Assembly: GCA_040002895.1 (NCBI GenBank) | Contig: JBDUDP010000005.1 | Coordinates: forward strand, 3,110-67,109 | Direction: 5' to 3' | Source: Gemmatimonadota bacterium | Lineage (GTDB): Bacteria; Gemmatimonadota; Gemmatimonadetes; Gemmatimonadales; GWC2-71-9 | Length of the DNA: 64,000 nucleotides | Shown: positions 1 to 8,949 of the stretch, one piece after another | Numbering within the stretch: the first letter of the stretch is position 1 | Layout: every line of letters starts with the position of its first letter | Translations under genes and position numbers: made by a program | The notes under the pieces: generated by a model | What the model was told of the DNA's origin: nothing | Seen by the model: only the letters and a program-made list of their open reading frames with translations | The model's database searches: none

Positions 1-873
1 CTCTACTATCTCTTCCTCGCGCTGGTGTTTGTGGCGATCCCTGCCCTGCAGGGTGGGCCGTGGGCACAGTCAGAATTCGTGCGGCAATCAGGGTCGCCGT
101 GGTGGTACCTGCTCTATCAGGGAAATCTGCGTGAAGCACTCGTCGGCCACGAACCGGCGTATGTGCTGGCACCACTCTGGTCACTCGCGATCGAGGAGCA
201 GTTCTACCTGCTCTGGCCGTTCCTGGTATCGAGTGTCTCGCGGGTGCGACTGCGCCCGATCCTCACCGCGACCATCGGCCTGGCGCTCCTCTATCGCGTT
301 ATGACCCTGCTGGTGTGGCCGGCCAACGAGCGAGTGCAGTATCTCGCCACGCCAGCACGAATGGATGTCCTCGCCATCGGGGCGCTGCTGGCACTTGGCC
401 TGCGCGACGGCTGGCTTCGGATCGAGCGGCCGCTGCTTACCCGCGCTACGCTCGCCGGACTCGCGTTGCTGGCCGCAACCTTCGCGCTCGGCGGCCTCGA
501 CCGAAACACCGAATTCGGGCGCACGCTCGGCTACAGCGTGGTGGGCCTGAGCTTTGGATTGGTGGTTTTGTGGGCCGTCACGGGCCGCGAGACGGCCGAG
601 ACAGGATGGCTGCGATGGACGCCGCTGCGCGCGCTCGGCAAGGTCTGCTACGGCGTGTACATCCTGCAGCGACCGATGGAGGTCGTGGTCGGAAAGCTGA
701 CTGAGGTGATGGGAATTCCGTGGGATCGCACGGCGCTGTGGACCGTCCCGGTGCTGATGGCGGTGACCTTTGCGACGGCCGCGCTGTCGTGGTTCGCGTT
801 CGAGAAGCCGGTGCTCGGGCTCAAGCGACACTTCACGGTGCTCGGCCACCCGCAGGCGACCACCGCACCCTGA
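1..873 (+). CDS. Acyltransferase family 3 membrane protein (OafA-like O-acyltransferase), 5'-truncated by window edge
   Basis: Frame 1 is open from nt 1 (LYYLFLALVF..) into ORF 25..873. The product is a multi-helix hydrophobic protein. It carries 'PLWSLAIEEQFYLLWP', typical of Acyl_transf_3. Confidence 0.6.
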   Translation, partial: LYYLFLALVFVAIPALQGGPWAQSEFVRQSGSPWWYLLYQGNLREALVGHEPAYVLAPLWSLAIEEQFYLLWPFLVSSVSRVRLRPILTATIGLALLYRVMTLLVWPANERVQYLATPARMDVLAIGALLALGLRDGWLRIERPLLTRATLAGLALLAATFALGGLDRNTEFGRTLGYSVVGLSFGLVVLWAVTGRETAETGWLRWTPLRALGKVCYGVYILQRPMEVVVGKLTEVMGIPWDRTALWTVPVLMAVTFATAALSWFAFEKPVLGLKRHFTVLGHPQATTAP

Positions 874-874
874 G

Positions 875-2386
875 TCAGGCCGCCGGCGGCTTGGGGAAGA
901 GATTCTCCGGCTTCCGCGTGGCGGCACCGGTCATGTCGGGTGACAACGCCTCATTCCACGCGGCCTCGGCCGTGCCGCTCCGCCCCAACGCACTCCACAA
1001 CTCCTGCGCCTTGCCCGGCATCACGGGTGACGTCATCACCGCCAGCCGCAGCAGGCAGCGCGCGAGTGCGGCCAACGCGGCGTCGAGCCGGGCCTCATCA
1101 CCGGACTTGGCCAGCGCCCACGGCGCAGTGACCACGATATAACTATTGGCCTCGCCTACCAGCCGCCATGCCGCCTCAACAGCTCCCTTGAGGTCGAAGG
1201 CATCCATGGCACGGGCATAGTCGGTCACGGCAGCGTCGCCGTCCTGGTCGAGCGACTCGGTGGCCGCCGAGGCGGGGACGACGCCGTCGCGGAATTTGGC
1301 CAACATCGCCGTGGTGCGCGAGGCGAGGTTGCCGAGGCCGTCGGCGAGATCGCTGGTATAGCGGGCGTCGAAGCGTTCGTAGGTGAAATCGCCGTCGTTC
1401 TCGAAACCGACCTCGCGCACCAGGAAGAAGCGCAGCGCATCGGCGCCGTGGCGGTCGATGGCTTCGTCGAGTGAGACGCTGTTTCCCTCCGATTTGCTCA
1501 GCTTGGCCCCGCCCCATTGGACATAGCCGTGCGCCCACACTTCGGCGGGGAGTTCCAGGCCCGCCGCCATGAGCATCGCCGGCCAAATGAGGCAATGGAA
1601 GCGGGTGATCCCCTTGCCCACGACGTGCAGATCGGCGGGCCAGACGTCGGTGTACGACGCGTCGGGATAGTCGATGGCGCTGAGATAATTGATGAGCGCG
1701 TCGAACCAGACGTAGACGGTTTCGTCGTCGGAGCCGGGGAAGGGAATACCCCAAGGCAGTCGGCCGCGGGAGACCGAGATGTCCTGCAGTCCCTCATCGA
1801 GCACGCGCAGCATCTCGTTGCGGCGGATCGCCGGTTCCACGCGGAAGTCGCCGGAGTCAATTTTCTCGCGCACCGCCGCCGTCCAGCGGGAGAGCCGGAA
1901 AAAGGTGTTCCGCTCCTTGGTGGGAACCAGCTCGCGTGAAGGGTGCTCGCCACAGCGGCCATCGACGATCTGGCCCGGTTGCTTGAACTCCTCACAGCCC
2001 ACGCAGTAGAGCCCCTCGTACTCACCCACGAAGAGATCATCGGGGTTGCGTGCCTTGATCTGCTCCAACAGGGCGGTCACCGCTCGTGCATGGCGCGGCT
2101 GGGTGGTGCGCATCCAGTCATCGTGTGAGCAGTGCAACCGTCGCCAGGTCGACTCGAACCGCTCGGAGATGGTATCGACCCAGGTCATCGGCGTGCCGCC
2201 GCTCGCAACCGCCGCCTGATAGACCTTCTGGCCGTGCTCATCCATCCCCATGACGAAGCGCACCGGCTTGCCCTGGAGGCGATACCAGCGCGCGATCACG
2301 TCGGCGCCCACTTTCTCGAGCGCATGGCCGAGGTGGGGGTCACCGTTGGAATAATCGATGGCGGTGGTGATGTAGAACGGCTTCAT
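875..2386 (-). CDS. metG: Methionyl-tRNA synthetase (short form, no C-terminal tRNA-binding domain)
   Basis: N-terminus 'ITTAIDYSNGDPHLGHALE' is a HIGH-type motif. 'KLSKSEGN' is the KMSKS motif, and there is a CxxC..C knuckle. The start forms an ATGA overlap with the stop of the upstream PSP1 gene. Confidence 0.95.
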   Translation of the reverse strand: MKPFYITTAIDYSNGDPHLGHALEKVGADVIARWYRLQGKPVRFVMGMDEHGQKVYQAAVASGGTPMTWVDTISERFESTWRRLHCSHDDWMRTTQPRHARAVTALLEQIKARNPDDLFVGEYEGLYCVGCEEFKQPGQIVDGRCGEHPSRELVPTKERNTFFRLSRWTAAVREKIDSGDFRVEPAIRRNEMLRVLDEGLQDISVSRGRLPWGIPFPGSDDETVYVWFDALINYLSAIDYPDASYTDVWPADLHVVGKGITRFHCLIWPAMLMAAGLELPAEVWAHGYVQWGGAKLSKSEGNSVSLDEAIDRHGADALRFFLVREVGFENDGDFTYERFDARYTSDLADGLGNLASRTTAMLAKFRDGVVPASAATESLDQDGDAAVTDYARAMDAFDLKGAVEAAWRLVGEANSYIVVTAPWALAKSGDEARLDAALAALARCLLRLAVMTSPVMPGKAQELWSALGRSGTAEAAWNEALSPDMTGAATRKPENLFPKPPAA

Positions 2387-3768
2387 GCGCGCGGCGGTCC
2401 TTCGCGGTCGCGCGGGGGCCTGCCGGAGGGCCGTTCCTGGCGCGGCGGCGGCGCGGCCACGGCGGGCGCAGCATCGCCGGCGAGCTGGGCCTGCTCCAGT
2501 TCATCGCGCAGGTCGAGCAGCGTGAGGATGCGCGGGCCCTGTTCGTCGTGACGCAGGAACACCCGTTCGCGGAAGATGTCGACGGCCACGACCTTCTCGT
2601 TCCCGCGCAGGGTGCGCACCAACTTCCCCTCCTTGGGGAAGCGCTTGCGCGCGGTGACGTAGAACTCGTGTTCGTACTTGAGGCAGCAGAGCAGGCGACC
2701 GCAGCCGCCGGAGATCTGGGCCGGGTTGAGCGAGAGGTGCTGGTCCTTGGCCAGCGCGAGATTCACGGGACCGGGCTCAGTGAGCCAAGTGCTGCAGCAG
2801 TACTCGCGGCCGCAGCGGCCGACGCCGCCGAGTCGCGCCGCCTCATCGCGCACGCCGATCTGTCGCAGTTCGATGCGGGTGCGGAAACGGGTGGCGAGTT
2901 CGCGCACCAGGGCGCGGAAGTCGACCCGGCGATCGGCGGTGAAATAGATGCTGAGTCGGCCGCGATCCCACTGCCACTCAGTGTCGGAGATCCGCATCGG
3001 GAGTTCGTGCGCCTTGGCCCGCTCCATCACCTGGCGACGGACATCCTCTTCGCCGCGGCGCAGTTCCTCGTGCTGTCTGACGGCATTGGCATCGGCGCGA
3101 CGCACCACCTTGGCGAGCGGAGCCGGCTTGGCGGGGGTGTCACCCGGCCCTTCCGTGTTGTCACCCCGCCCTTCCGTGGCGTCACCCCGCCCTTCCGTGG
3201 CGTCACCCCGCCCGGAGGGCGGGGTCTCCCGCGTCGGGTCTGCGCCGACCGGAGTCGGAGCGGTGGGATCGTCCCGCCGGGCGGTTGTCGGCGTCTGCAC
3301 TGGCTGGGAGGCCCCGCCCTCCGGGCGGGGCGACTCCGTGTTGTCTCCCGTCGCGATTGTCGGCGGCTGCACGGATCGGGAGGCCCCGCCCTCCGGGCGG
3401 GGCGACTCCGTGTTGTCTCCCGTCGCGGTTGTCGGCGTCTGCACGGATCGGGAGGCCCCGCCCTCCGGGCGGGGCGACTCCGTGTTGTCCGGGCGGGGCG
3501 ACTCCGTGCCCTCTGGGCGGGGCGACTGCGTGTCATCCGAAGTCGCGACCAGCGTGGGCGTCGGCGGCTCCGACGTCCCGCACGAGGTGCAGCCGCCGCA
3601 CTTCGCCTCAGCCGCATCGCCCGTGGCATTGACCCAGCCGTAGTCGAGGCCGCGCTCCACCTCCACCACCACCGGCTCGTTCAGCTTCAGCGGGGAGGCG
3701 GCGTCGTGCCAATCAAAGAATGCCCGGCGATTGCCCTTGAATCGCACTTCCACCGTCTGCGACATCAC
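2383..3768 (-). CDS. PSP1 domain protein (RicT/YaaT homologue) with a ~200-aa repeat-rich insertion
   Basis: The N-terminus 'VEVRFKGNRRAFFDW..VVVEVERGLDYGWV' and the C-terminal PSP1 block 'ISDTEWQWDRGRLSIYFTADRRVDFRALVRELA..RIELRQIGVRD' with 'CGREYCCSTWL' and 'GGCGRLLCCLKYE' lie in one frame. The two blocks are separated by TESPRPEG and GRGDATE repeats. Confidence 0.8.
   Translation of the reverse strand: MMSQTVEVRFKGNRRAFFDWHDAASPLKLNEPVVVEVERGLDYGWVNATGDAAEAKCGGCTSCGTSEPPTPTLVATSDDTQSPRPEGTESPRPDNTESPRPEGGASRSVQTPTTATGDNTESPRPEGGASRSVQPPTIATGDNTESPRPEGGASQPVQTPTTARRDDPTAPTPVGADPTRETPPSGRGDATEGRGDATEGRGDNTEGPGDTPAKPAPLAKVVRRADANAVRQHEELRRGEEDVRRQVMERAKAHELPMRISDTEWQWDRGRLSIYFTADRRVDFRALVRELATRFRTRIELRQIGVRDEAARLGGVGRCGREYCCSTWLTEPGPVNLALAKDQHLSLNPAQISGGCGRLLCCLKYEHEFYVTARKRFPKEGKLVRTLRGNEKVVAVDIFRERVFLRHDEQGPRILTLLDLRDELEQAQLAGDAAPAVAAPPPRQERPSGRPPRDREGPPRA
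3139..3225. repeat. 21-bp tandem repeat (about 3.5 units, gtcaccccgcccttccgtggc) ending in a 9-bp GC hairpin
   Basis: Units lie at 3139-3159, 3160-3180 and 3181-3201, with a partial unit from 3202. They encode GRGD(A/N)TE x3 on the minus strand. The terminal inverted repeat ACCCCGCCC-GGA-GGGCGGGGT spans 3205-3225. Confidence 0.9.
3283..3536. repeat. 72-bp tandem repeat x3 grading into 24-bp units x3, each 72-bp unit carrying a perfect 9-bp GC hairpin
   Basis: 72-bp units start at 3283, 3355 and 3427 and are about 90% identical by eye. The palindrome GCCCCGCCC-TCC-GGGCGGGGC occurs at 3311-3331, 3383-3403 and 3455-3475. 24-bp units lie at 3465-3488, 3489-3512 and 3513-3536. All periods are multiples of 3, so the repeats are in frame. 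Confidence 0.9.
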
Positions 3769-4727
3769 GCTTCCGCGTAGGCGCCCATCGCCGCGTATTT
3801 GTCGTACCGGCGCTTGACCAGTTTGTCGGAGCGGCTCTTGCGCAGCTCGGTGAGATGGCGAATCAGCACAGCGCGCAGCGACTCCCCAGCGGTCTCGGGG
3901 TCGAAGTGGGCACCGCCGTTGGGCTCGGGAATGATCTCGTCCACGAGGCCGAGTCGCAGCAGGTCGTCGGCGGTAAGCTTGAGCGCCTCGGCCGCGCGCT
4001 CGCGCTGCGCCGCGTCCTTCCAGAGAATGGCGGCACAGCCCTCGGGCGAGATGACCGAGTAGACCGAGTTCTCGAACATCAGGATCCGGTCGGCCACGCC
4101 GAGGGCCAGGGCGCCACCGGAGCCGCCTTCGCCGATCACCACCGAGATGATGGCGGTCTCGAGGGCAGACATCTCCAGGATGTTGCGCGCGAGCGCCTCC
4201 GACTGGCCGCGCTCCTCGGCGCCGAGTCCGGGGAACGCGCCGGGGGTGTCGATGAGCGTGATGATCGGGGCGTGGAAGCGGGCGGCCATCTGCATCAGCC
4301 GGAGCGCCTTGCGATACCCCTCGGGGTGCGGCATGCCGAAGTTGCGCTTGATGTTGTCCTTGGTGTCGCGCCCCTTCTGGTGGCCGATCACCATGACCGA
4401 AACGCCGCCGAGGCGGGCCCAGCCGCCGACGATGGCGGGATCGTCGCGGAAGAGTCGGTCGCCGTGGAGTTCGATGAAGTCGGTGAAGATTGACGAGAGG
4501 TAATCGAGCGTGTAGGGCCGGCGCGCGTGGCGTGCGACCAGAACACGCTGCATCGGGGTGAGACCTTGGTAGATCTCTTCACGCCGGGCGTCGAGCTTTG
4601 CCTCCAGCGTGGTGAGCTCCCCGGTCACGTCGATATGGCGCTCGTCACCGACGCGCTTGAGTTCATCAATCTGTCGTTCGAGTTCCGCGAGCGGCTTCTC
4701 GAACTCCAAAGTGTATGAGGTGGCCAT
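3765..4727 (-). CDS. accA: Acetyl-CoA carboxylase carboxyltransferase alpha subunit
   Basis: Full-length similarity to AccA, e.g. 'LDFEKP..ELE..I..L', '[11 protein letters not shown]' and '[26 protein letters not shown]'-type motifs. The stop overlaps the PSP1 start (ATGA). Confidence 0.95.
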   Translation of the reverse strand: [320 protein letters not shown]

Positions 4728-4733
4728 GCCAAC

Positions 4734-7700
4734 TCACCCCGCTCGAATGAAGGAGACGGCGTCGCTGCCGAACAGTTCACGCAGCGCGCGGATGGTGTCT
4801 TCGTGTGGTTCGACTCGCAGCCGGCGGGCCCTGAGTCGGACCGCCGTGCCGTTCCCGTCGGACCAGTCAATATAGAGCGGGGCGGGCCCGGGGTGGGTGG
4901 CGCAGAGCCGGGCGGCCGAGCGGACCACGTCGGCGGCCGGGGCGAGCGGGGCAGTCCAACGGATCGCGATGCCCAGCATCCCGGCGGCCTCGATCTCCGG
5001 GAGCCCGCGGGCACTCTCGACCACGAACGGTGCCTGGTCCTCCCCGCGGTCGCGGGAGGAGTAGCCACCGTTGAGGAGCATCGCCTGGTCGACCTGGATC
5101 ACCTGGTTCAGCTTGGACCATGCCTCCGGGAAGACGATGGCCTCCGCCGTGCCGTGAAAGTCCTCCAGCGTGACCCGGGCATACTCCTTCCCGGTCTTCT
5201 TGGAGATCTGGCGCTTCACCGCCGTGATCACGGCACCGATGGCGACCTGATGCTCGCTCCATTCGCTCAGCGTGGCGGTGGTGCGCGTGCCGAACAGTTC
5301 GACCACGGGCCGGTGTTGCTCCAGCGGATGTCCGGAGATGAAGAAGCCGAGGATCTCCTTCTCCTTGGCCAAGCGCTCGGCCTCGCTCCACTGCGGCACG
5401 TCGGGCATGCTGTGTTCCACGCGCGTGGCCGCGACGGTGTCGCCGAAGAGCGATTCCTGTCCGGCGGCTTCCTCCTGCTGGAGGATCTGGGCTTCGCCGA
5501 GTGCCTGGTCGAGCGTTGCCTGCAACTGCGCCCGGTGCGCTCCGAACGAATCGCACGCACCCGCGGCGATGAGCGACTCGAACACCCGCTTGTTGCAGAG
5601 CCGGGTGTCGACCCGTTTCACGAAGTCAAAGAACGACGTGAACGCCCCCTCACTCCGTGCCGCGATGATCGAGTCGATGGCGCCGCCGCCGACATTGCGG
5701 ACCGCGCCGAGGCCGAAGCGGAGCCGCTTGCCGCCGACCACGGTGAACTTGTAGCCGGATTCGTGCACGTCGGGCGGCAGCACCTCGAGACCGAGTTCGC
5801 GGGCCTCGTTGATGTACTGCACCACCTTGTCGGTATTGCCGATTTCGGAGGAGAGCAGCGCCGCCATGAACTCGGCCGGATGGTGCGTCTTGAGCCAGGC
5901 CGTCTGGTACGACAACACAGAATAGGCGACCGAGTGCGACTTGTTGAAGCCGTAGCGGCCGAAGGTTTCGATCTGTCCGGCGAGCTCGTTGGCGAGCTTC
6001 TTCGGGTGCCCCAGCGCGATGGCCTTGGCCACAAACTGCTCGAGCTCCGCCTTGATGAGCTCCGCATCCTTCTTGCCGACGGCCTTGCGCAGCACATCGG
6101 CTTCGGCCAGCGTGAATCCTGCCAGCACGTTCGCGATCCGCATCACCTGTTCCTGATATGTGATCACGCCGTAGGTGGGGGCGAGGATCTCCTCGAGCGA
6201 CGGATGCGGGTAGGTCACCGCCTCCTGCCCGAGCTTGCGGCGGATGAAGACGGTGTGCATGCCGGCGTCGAGCGGCCCGGGGCGGAGCAGGGCGTTGGTG
6301 GCGACCAGGTCGTCGAAACGGTCGCACTTCATCTGCCGCAGCGTGTCGGTCGCGAGTGCCGACTCGAACTGGAAGATGCCGGCAGTACGCCCGCGACGCA
6401 GCAGGTCGTAGACCGCGGGATCGTCGAGCGGCAGGGTGTCCATGTCGAGCGCCACGCCGTGCCGCTGCTTCACCATCTTCACCGCATCATAGATCACGGT
6501 GAGCGTCTTGAGGCCGAGCATGTCCATCTTGAGCATGCCCACGCGCTCGAGTGCGCCCATTTCGTACTGACAGATGATCGAGTCGGCGCCGTCGAGACTC
6601 GCGCCCGAGCCCTTGGTGGGTGCCGTGCAGACGGGGACGTAGTCGGAGAGCGGTCCCGGGGCGATCACCAGGCCGGCGGCGTGCACCGAGGCGTGGCGAG
6701 AGAGTCCCTCGATGCGCGAGGCGTACTGGAAGACGCGGCGGTAGGTCTCGTTCTCGCGCAGCGCCACCTTGAGTTCGTCGATTTTCTCGGCCGCCTCGGG
6801 AATCGTCATCGAGAACGCGGGACCCGACGGGATCAGCTTGGTCAGCTTGTCGGCCTCGCCCGGCGCCACCTTGAGGACCCGGGCGACGTCCTTGACGGCG
6901 GCACGCGCCTTCATGGTGCCGAAGGTGATGATCTGCCCCACGGATTCGCGGCCGTAGCGCTCGCGCACGTACTCAATCACCTCGCCGCGTCGCTCGAAAC
7001 AGAAGTCGACGTCGATATCGGGCATCGACACGCGTTCCGGATTCAGGAAGCGCTCGAACAGCAGGTCGAACGCGAGCGGGCAGACGTTGGTGATGCCGAG
7101 TGCATAAGCCACGATCGAGCCGGCAGCCGAGCCGCGACCCGGCCCCACCGGGATGTCGCGTGCCCGCGCCGCATCGATGAAATCCGCCACGATGAGGAAG
7201 TAGCCGGCGTATCCCGCGGTGTTGATGACCGAGAGCTCGAAATCGAGCCGGGCACGCACGTCGTCGCGCAGGGGAGATCCGTAGCGTCGCACGGCCCCGG
7301 CCTCGGCGAGGTCGCGCAGCAGGTCGGTGTCGACCTGATAGCCGTCCGGGAGCGGGAATGCCGGCACGAAGTAGCGCTTCTCGAAGTCGAACTCGCAGGT
7401 GTCGGCCACCGCTTGCGTCAGTTCGAGCGTCTCGAGGTTGTCCGGAAAGAGCTGGCGCATCTCGGCCTCGCTCTTGACGTACGACTCGTTGCCGGTGAAG
7501 CGGAATCGCTTGGGATCGTCCAGATCGGCGCCGGTGCCGATTGCCAGCAGCACGTCGTGCGCCTCGGCGTCGTCGCGCTTGAGGTAGTGGGCGTCGTTGG
7601 TGGCCACCACACCCAGTCCCAGCTCCTTGCCGAGTTCGAGCATCCCCTTGGTGACAATCGCCTCCTCGGGAATGCCGTGATCCTGGATCTCGAGGTAGAA

Positions 7701-8213
7701 GGCGTCGCGTCCGTAGAGTTGTGCGAAGTACTCGGCCGACTCCCGCGCCTTCTCGTACCGCCCCTGCCGCAGCCAGAGGGCCACCTCGCCCGACAGGCAC
7801 GCCGCGAGGCAGACGATCCCCTCCTTGTGGCGCTCCAGTACTTCGCGGTCGATGCGCGGACGGCGATAGAAGCCCTCGACATAGCCGATCGACGAGAGCT
7901 TGATGAGATTCTTGTAGCCGACCGCGTTCCGGGCCAGCAGCACGAGGTGCGAGTACTGCGCTGGGGCCCATGCGGGCTTGGCGGTCTGGGTCCTGGGGCC
8001 GAAGGCGAGGTAGGCCTCGAAGCCGAGAATCGGACGGATCCCCTGCTTTCGGGCCTCGTCGTAGAAGGAGCGGGCGGCGTGAAGGTTGCCGTGGTCGGTG
8101 ACCGCGAGCGAATCCATGCCCAGCGACTTGACGTGCTTGACCAGCTCGGGCAACCGATTGGCGCCGTCGAGCAGTGAGAATTCGCTGTGGGTGTGCAGGT
8201 GCGCGAAGGCCAT
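4734..8213 (-). CDS. dnaE: DNA polymerase III alpha subunit
   Basis: The PHP motif 'MAFAHLHTHSEFSLLDGA' sits at internal Met81 of ORF 4734..8453. A full-length DnaE polymerase core and OB fold follow. The 80 upstream codons overlap hisIE and are Arg/Trp/Cys-rich, so the start is placed at 8213. Confidence 0.93.
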   Translation of the reverse strand: MAFAHLHTHSEFSLLDGANRLPELVKHVKSLGMDSLAVTDHGNLHAARSFYDEARKQGIRPILGFEAYLAFGPRTQTAKPAWAPAQYSHLVLLARNAVGYKNLIKLSSIGYVEGFYRRPRIDREVLERHKEGIVCLAACLSGEVALWLRQGRYEKARESAEYFAQLYGRDAFYLEIQDHGIPEEAIVTKGMLELGKELGLGVVATNDAHYLKRDDAEAHDVLLAIGTGADLDDPKRFRFTGNESYVKSEAEMRQLFPDNLETLELTQAVADTCEFDFEKRYFVPAFPLPDGYQVDTDLLRDLAEAGAVRRYGSPLRDDVRARLDFELSVINTAGYAGYFLIVADFIDAARARDIPVGPGRGSAAGSIVAYALGITNVCPLAFDLLFERFLNPERVSMPDIDVDFCFERRGEVIEYVRERYGRESVGQIITFGTMKARAAVKDVARVLKVAPGEADKLTKLIPSGPAFSMTIPEAAEKIDELKVALRENETYRRVFQYASRIEGLSRHASVHAAGLVIAPGPLSDYVPVCTAPTKGSGASLDGADSIICQYEMGALERVGMLKMDMLGLKTLTVIYDAVKMVKQRHGVALDMDTLPLDDPAVYDLLRRGRTAGIFQFESALATDTLRQMKCDRFDDLVATNALLRPGPLDAGMHTVFIRRKLGQEAVTYPHPSLEEILAPTYGVITYQEQVMRIANVLAGFTLAEADVLRKAVGKKDAELIKAELEQFVAKAIALGHPKKLANELAGQIETFGRYGFNKSHSVAYSVLSYQTAWLKTHHPAEFMAALLSSEIGNTDKVVQYINEARELGLEVLPPDVHESGYKFTVVGGKRLRFGLGAVRNVGGGAIDSIIAARSEGAFTSFFDFVKRVDTRLCNKRVFESLIAAGACDSFGAHRAQLQATLDQALGEAQILQQEEAAGQESLFGDTVAATRVEHSMPDVPQWSEAERLAKEKEILGFFISGHPLEQHRPVVELFGTRTTATLSEWSEHQVAIGAVITAVKRQISKKTGKEYARVTLEDFHGTAEAIVFPEAWSKLNQVIQVDQAMLLNGGYSSRDRGEDQAPFVVESARGLPEIEAAGMLGIAIRWTAPLAPAADVVRSAARLCATHPGPAPLYIDWSDGNGTAVRLRARRLRVEPHEDTIRALRELFGSDAVSFIRAG

Positions 8214-8214
8214 C

Positions 8215-8856
8215 TCAGCGCTCCCGGGCGGCCAGTTCGCCGAGCACAGTGTCCAGCGAGACGCCGCGCACCTGGAGCAGCACCAGCAGGTGGTAGAGCA
8301 GGTCGGCGGCCTCGCTGGCCAGCCGTTCATCCGATTCGGCATGCGCGGCGACGATGGTCTCCACCGCCTCCTCGCCCACCTTCTGCGAGATCTTGGGGAG
8401 GCCGCGTTCAAAGAGTGAGCTGGTATACGAATCGGCCGGGCGCGTGCGGTCACGGTCGGCGATGATTCCGGCCAGGCGCGTGAGCAAGTGTCCGCCGGGA
8501 TCGTCTCCGGCCGAGACTTCCCCGGAGCGGGTCACCCGATGGGCAAAGCAGGTGGGGGTGCCGGTGTGGCAGGCGGGGCCGGTCTGTTCCACCCGGTAGA
8601 GGATGGTGTCCCGGTCGCAATCGACCCGGATCTCGACCAGGCGCTGGGTATTCCCCGACTCCTCGCCCTTGCGCCAGAGGGCTCCCCGCGACCGGCTCCA
8701 ATAGTGGGCCTCACCGGTGGCATGCGAGCGAGCGAGCGCCTCCCGGGAGCCCCAGGCGAGCATCAGGACGTCGCCAGTCCGCGCGTCCTGCGTCACGATC
8801 GGGAGCAGGCCGGCGGCATCAAAGCGGAGGGAGTCGAGCCACGGTTCAGGCGTCAC
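8215..8856 (-). CDS. hisIE: Bifunctional phosphoribosyl-AMP cyclohydrolase / phosphoribosyl-ATP pyrophosphatase
   Basis: HisI block '[52 protein letters not shown]'. HisE block '[23 protein letters not shown]' follows. GTG start. Confidence 0.9.
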   Translation of the reverse strand: MTPEPWLDSLRFDAAGLLPIVTQDARTGDVLMLAWGSREALARSHATGEAHYWSRSRGALWRKGEESGNTQRLVEIRVDCDRDTILYRVEQTGPACHTGTPTCFAHRVTRSGEVSAGDDPGGHLLTRLAGIIADRDRTRPADSYTSSLFERGLPKISQKVGEEAVETIVAAHAESDERLASEAADLLYHLLVLLQVRGVSLDTVLGELAARER

Positions 8857-8884
8857 CGGAGAATCGTATCGCGTTCCCCCCTGA

Positions 8885-8913
8885 TTGTCAAAAGTCGTTG
8901 CCCTGCTTAGGCT
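8885..8913 (+). promoter_or_regulatory. Candidate sigma70-type promoter for the peptidase operon (TTGTCA-17 nt-TAGGCT)
   Basis: A -35-like TTGTCA lies at 8885-8890 and a -10-like TAGGCT at 8908-8913, with a 17-nt spacer. The pair sits about 36 nt upstream of the ATG at 8950. This is pattern match only. Confidence 0.3.
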
Positions 8914-8949
8914 TACGTCGATTCCCCATCGTCACTCGGAGTCTGCTGC

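Noticed and set aside
3139-3225. Triple RGD motif (GRGDATE x3) as a cell-adhesion signal
   Set aside because: The protein has no signal peptide and is homologous to cytoplasmic RicT/PSP1. The RGD is most simply a by-product of the GC-rich repeat codons.
3139-3536. Possible CRISPR array because of regularly spaced palindromic repeats
   Set aside because: There are no unique spacers, because the whole 72-bp unit repeats. The periods are multiples of 3, and the array lies in frame inside an ORF whose flanks are both PSP1-protein sequence. No cas genes are nearby.
4803-8177. 1124-aa ORF on the plus strand
   Set aside because: It is exactly antisense to dnaE. The product is Arg/Gly/Asp/His-rich with no recognisable motifs. 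This is the typical stop-free shadow frame of a high-GC gene.
8214-8453. 80-codon N-terminal extension of the dnaE ORF
   Set aside because: It overlaps the hisIE coding sequence and has aberrant composition (R/W/C-rich). The canonical PHP-domain start MAFAHLHTHSEF begins at 8213.
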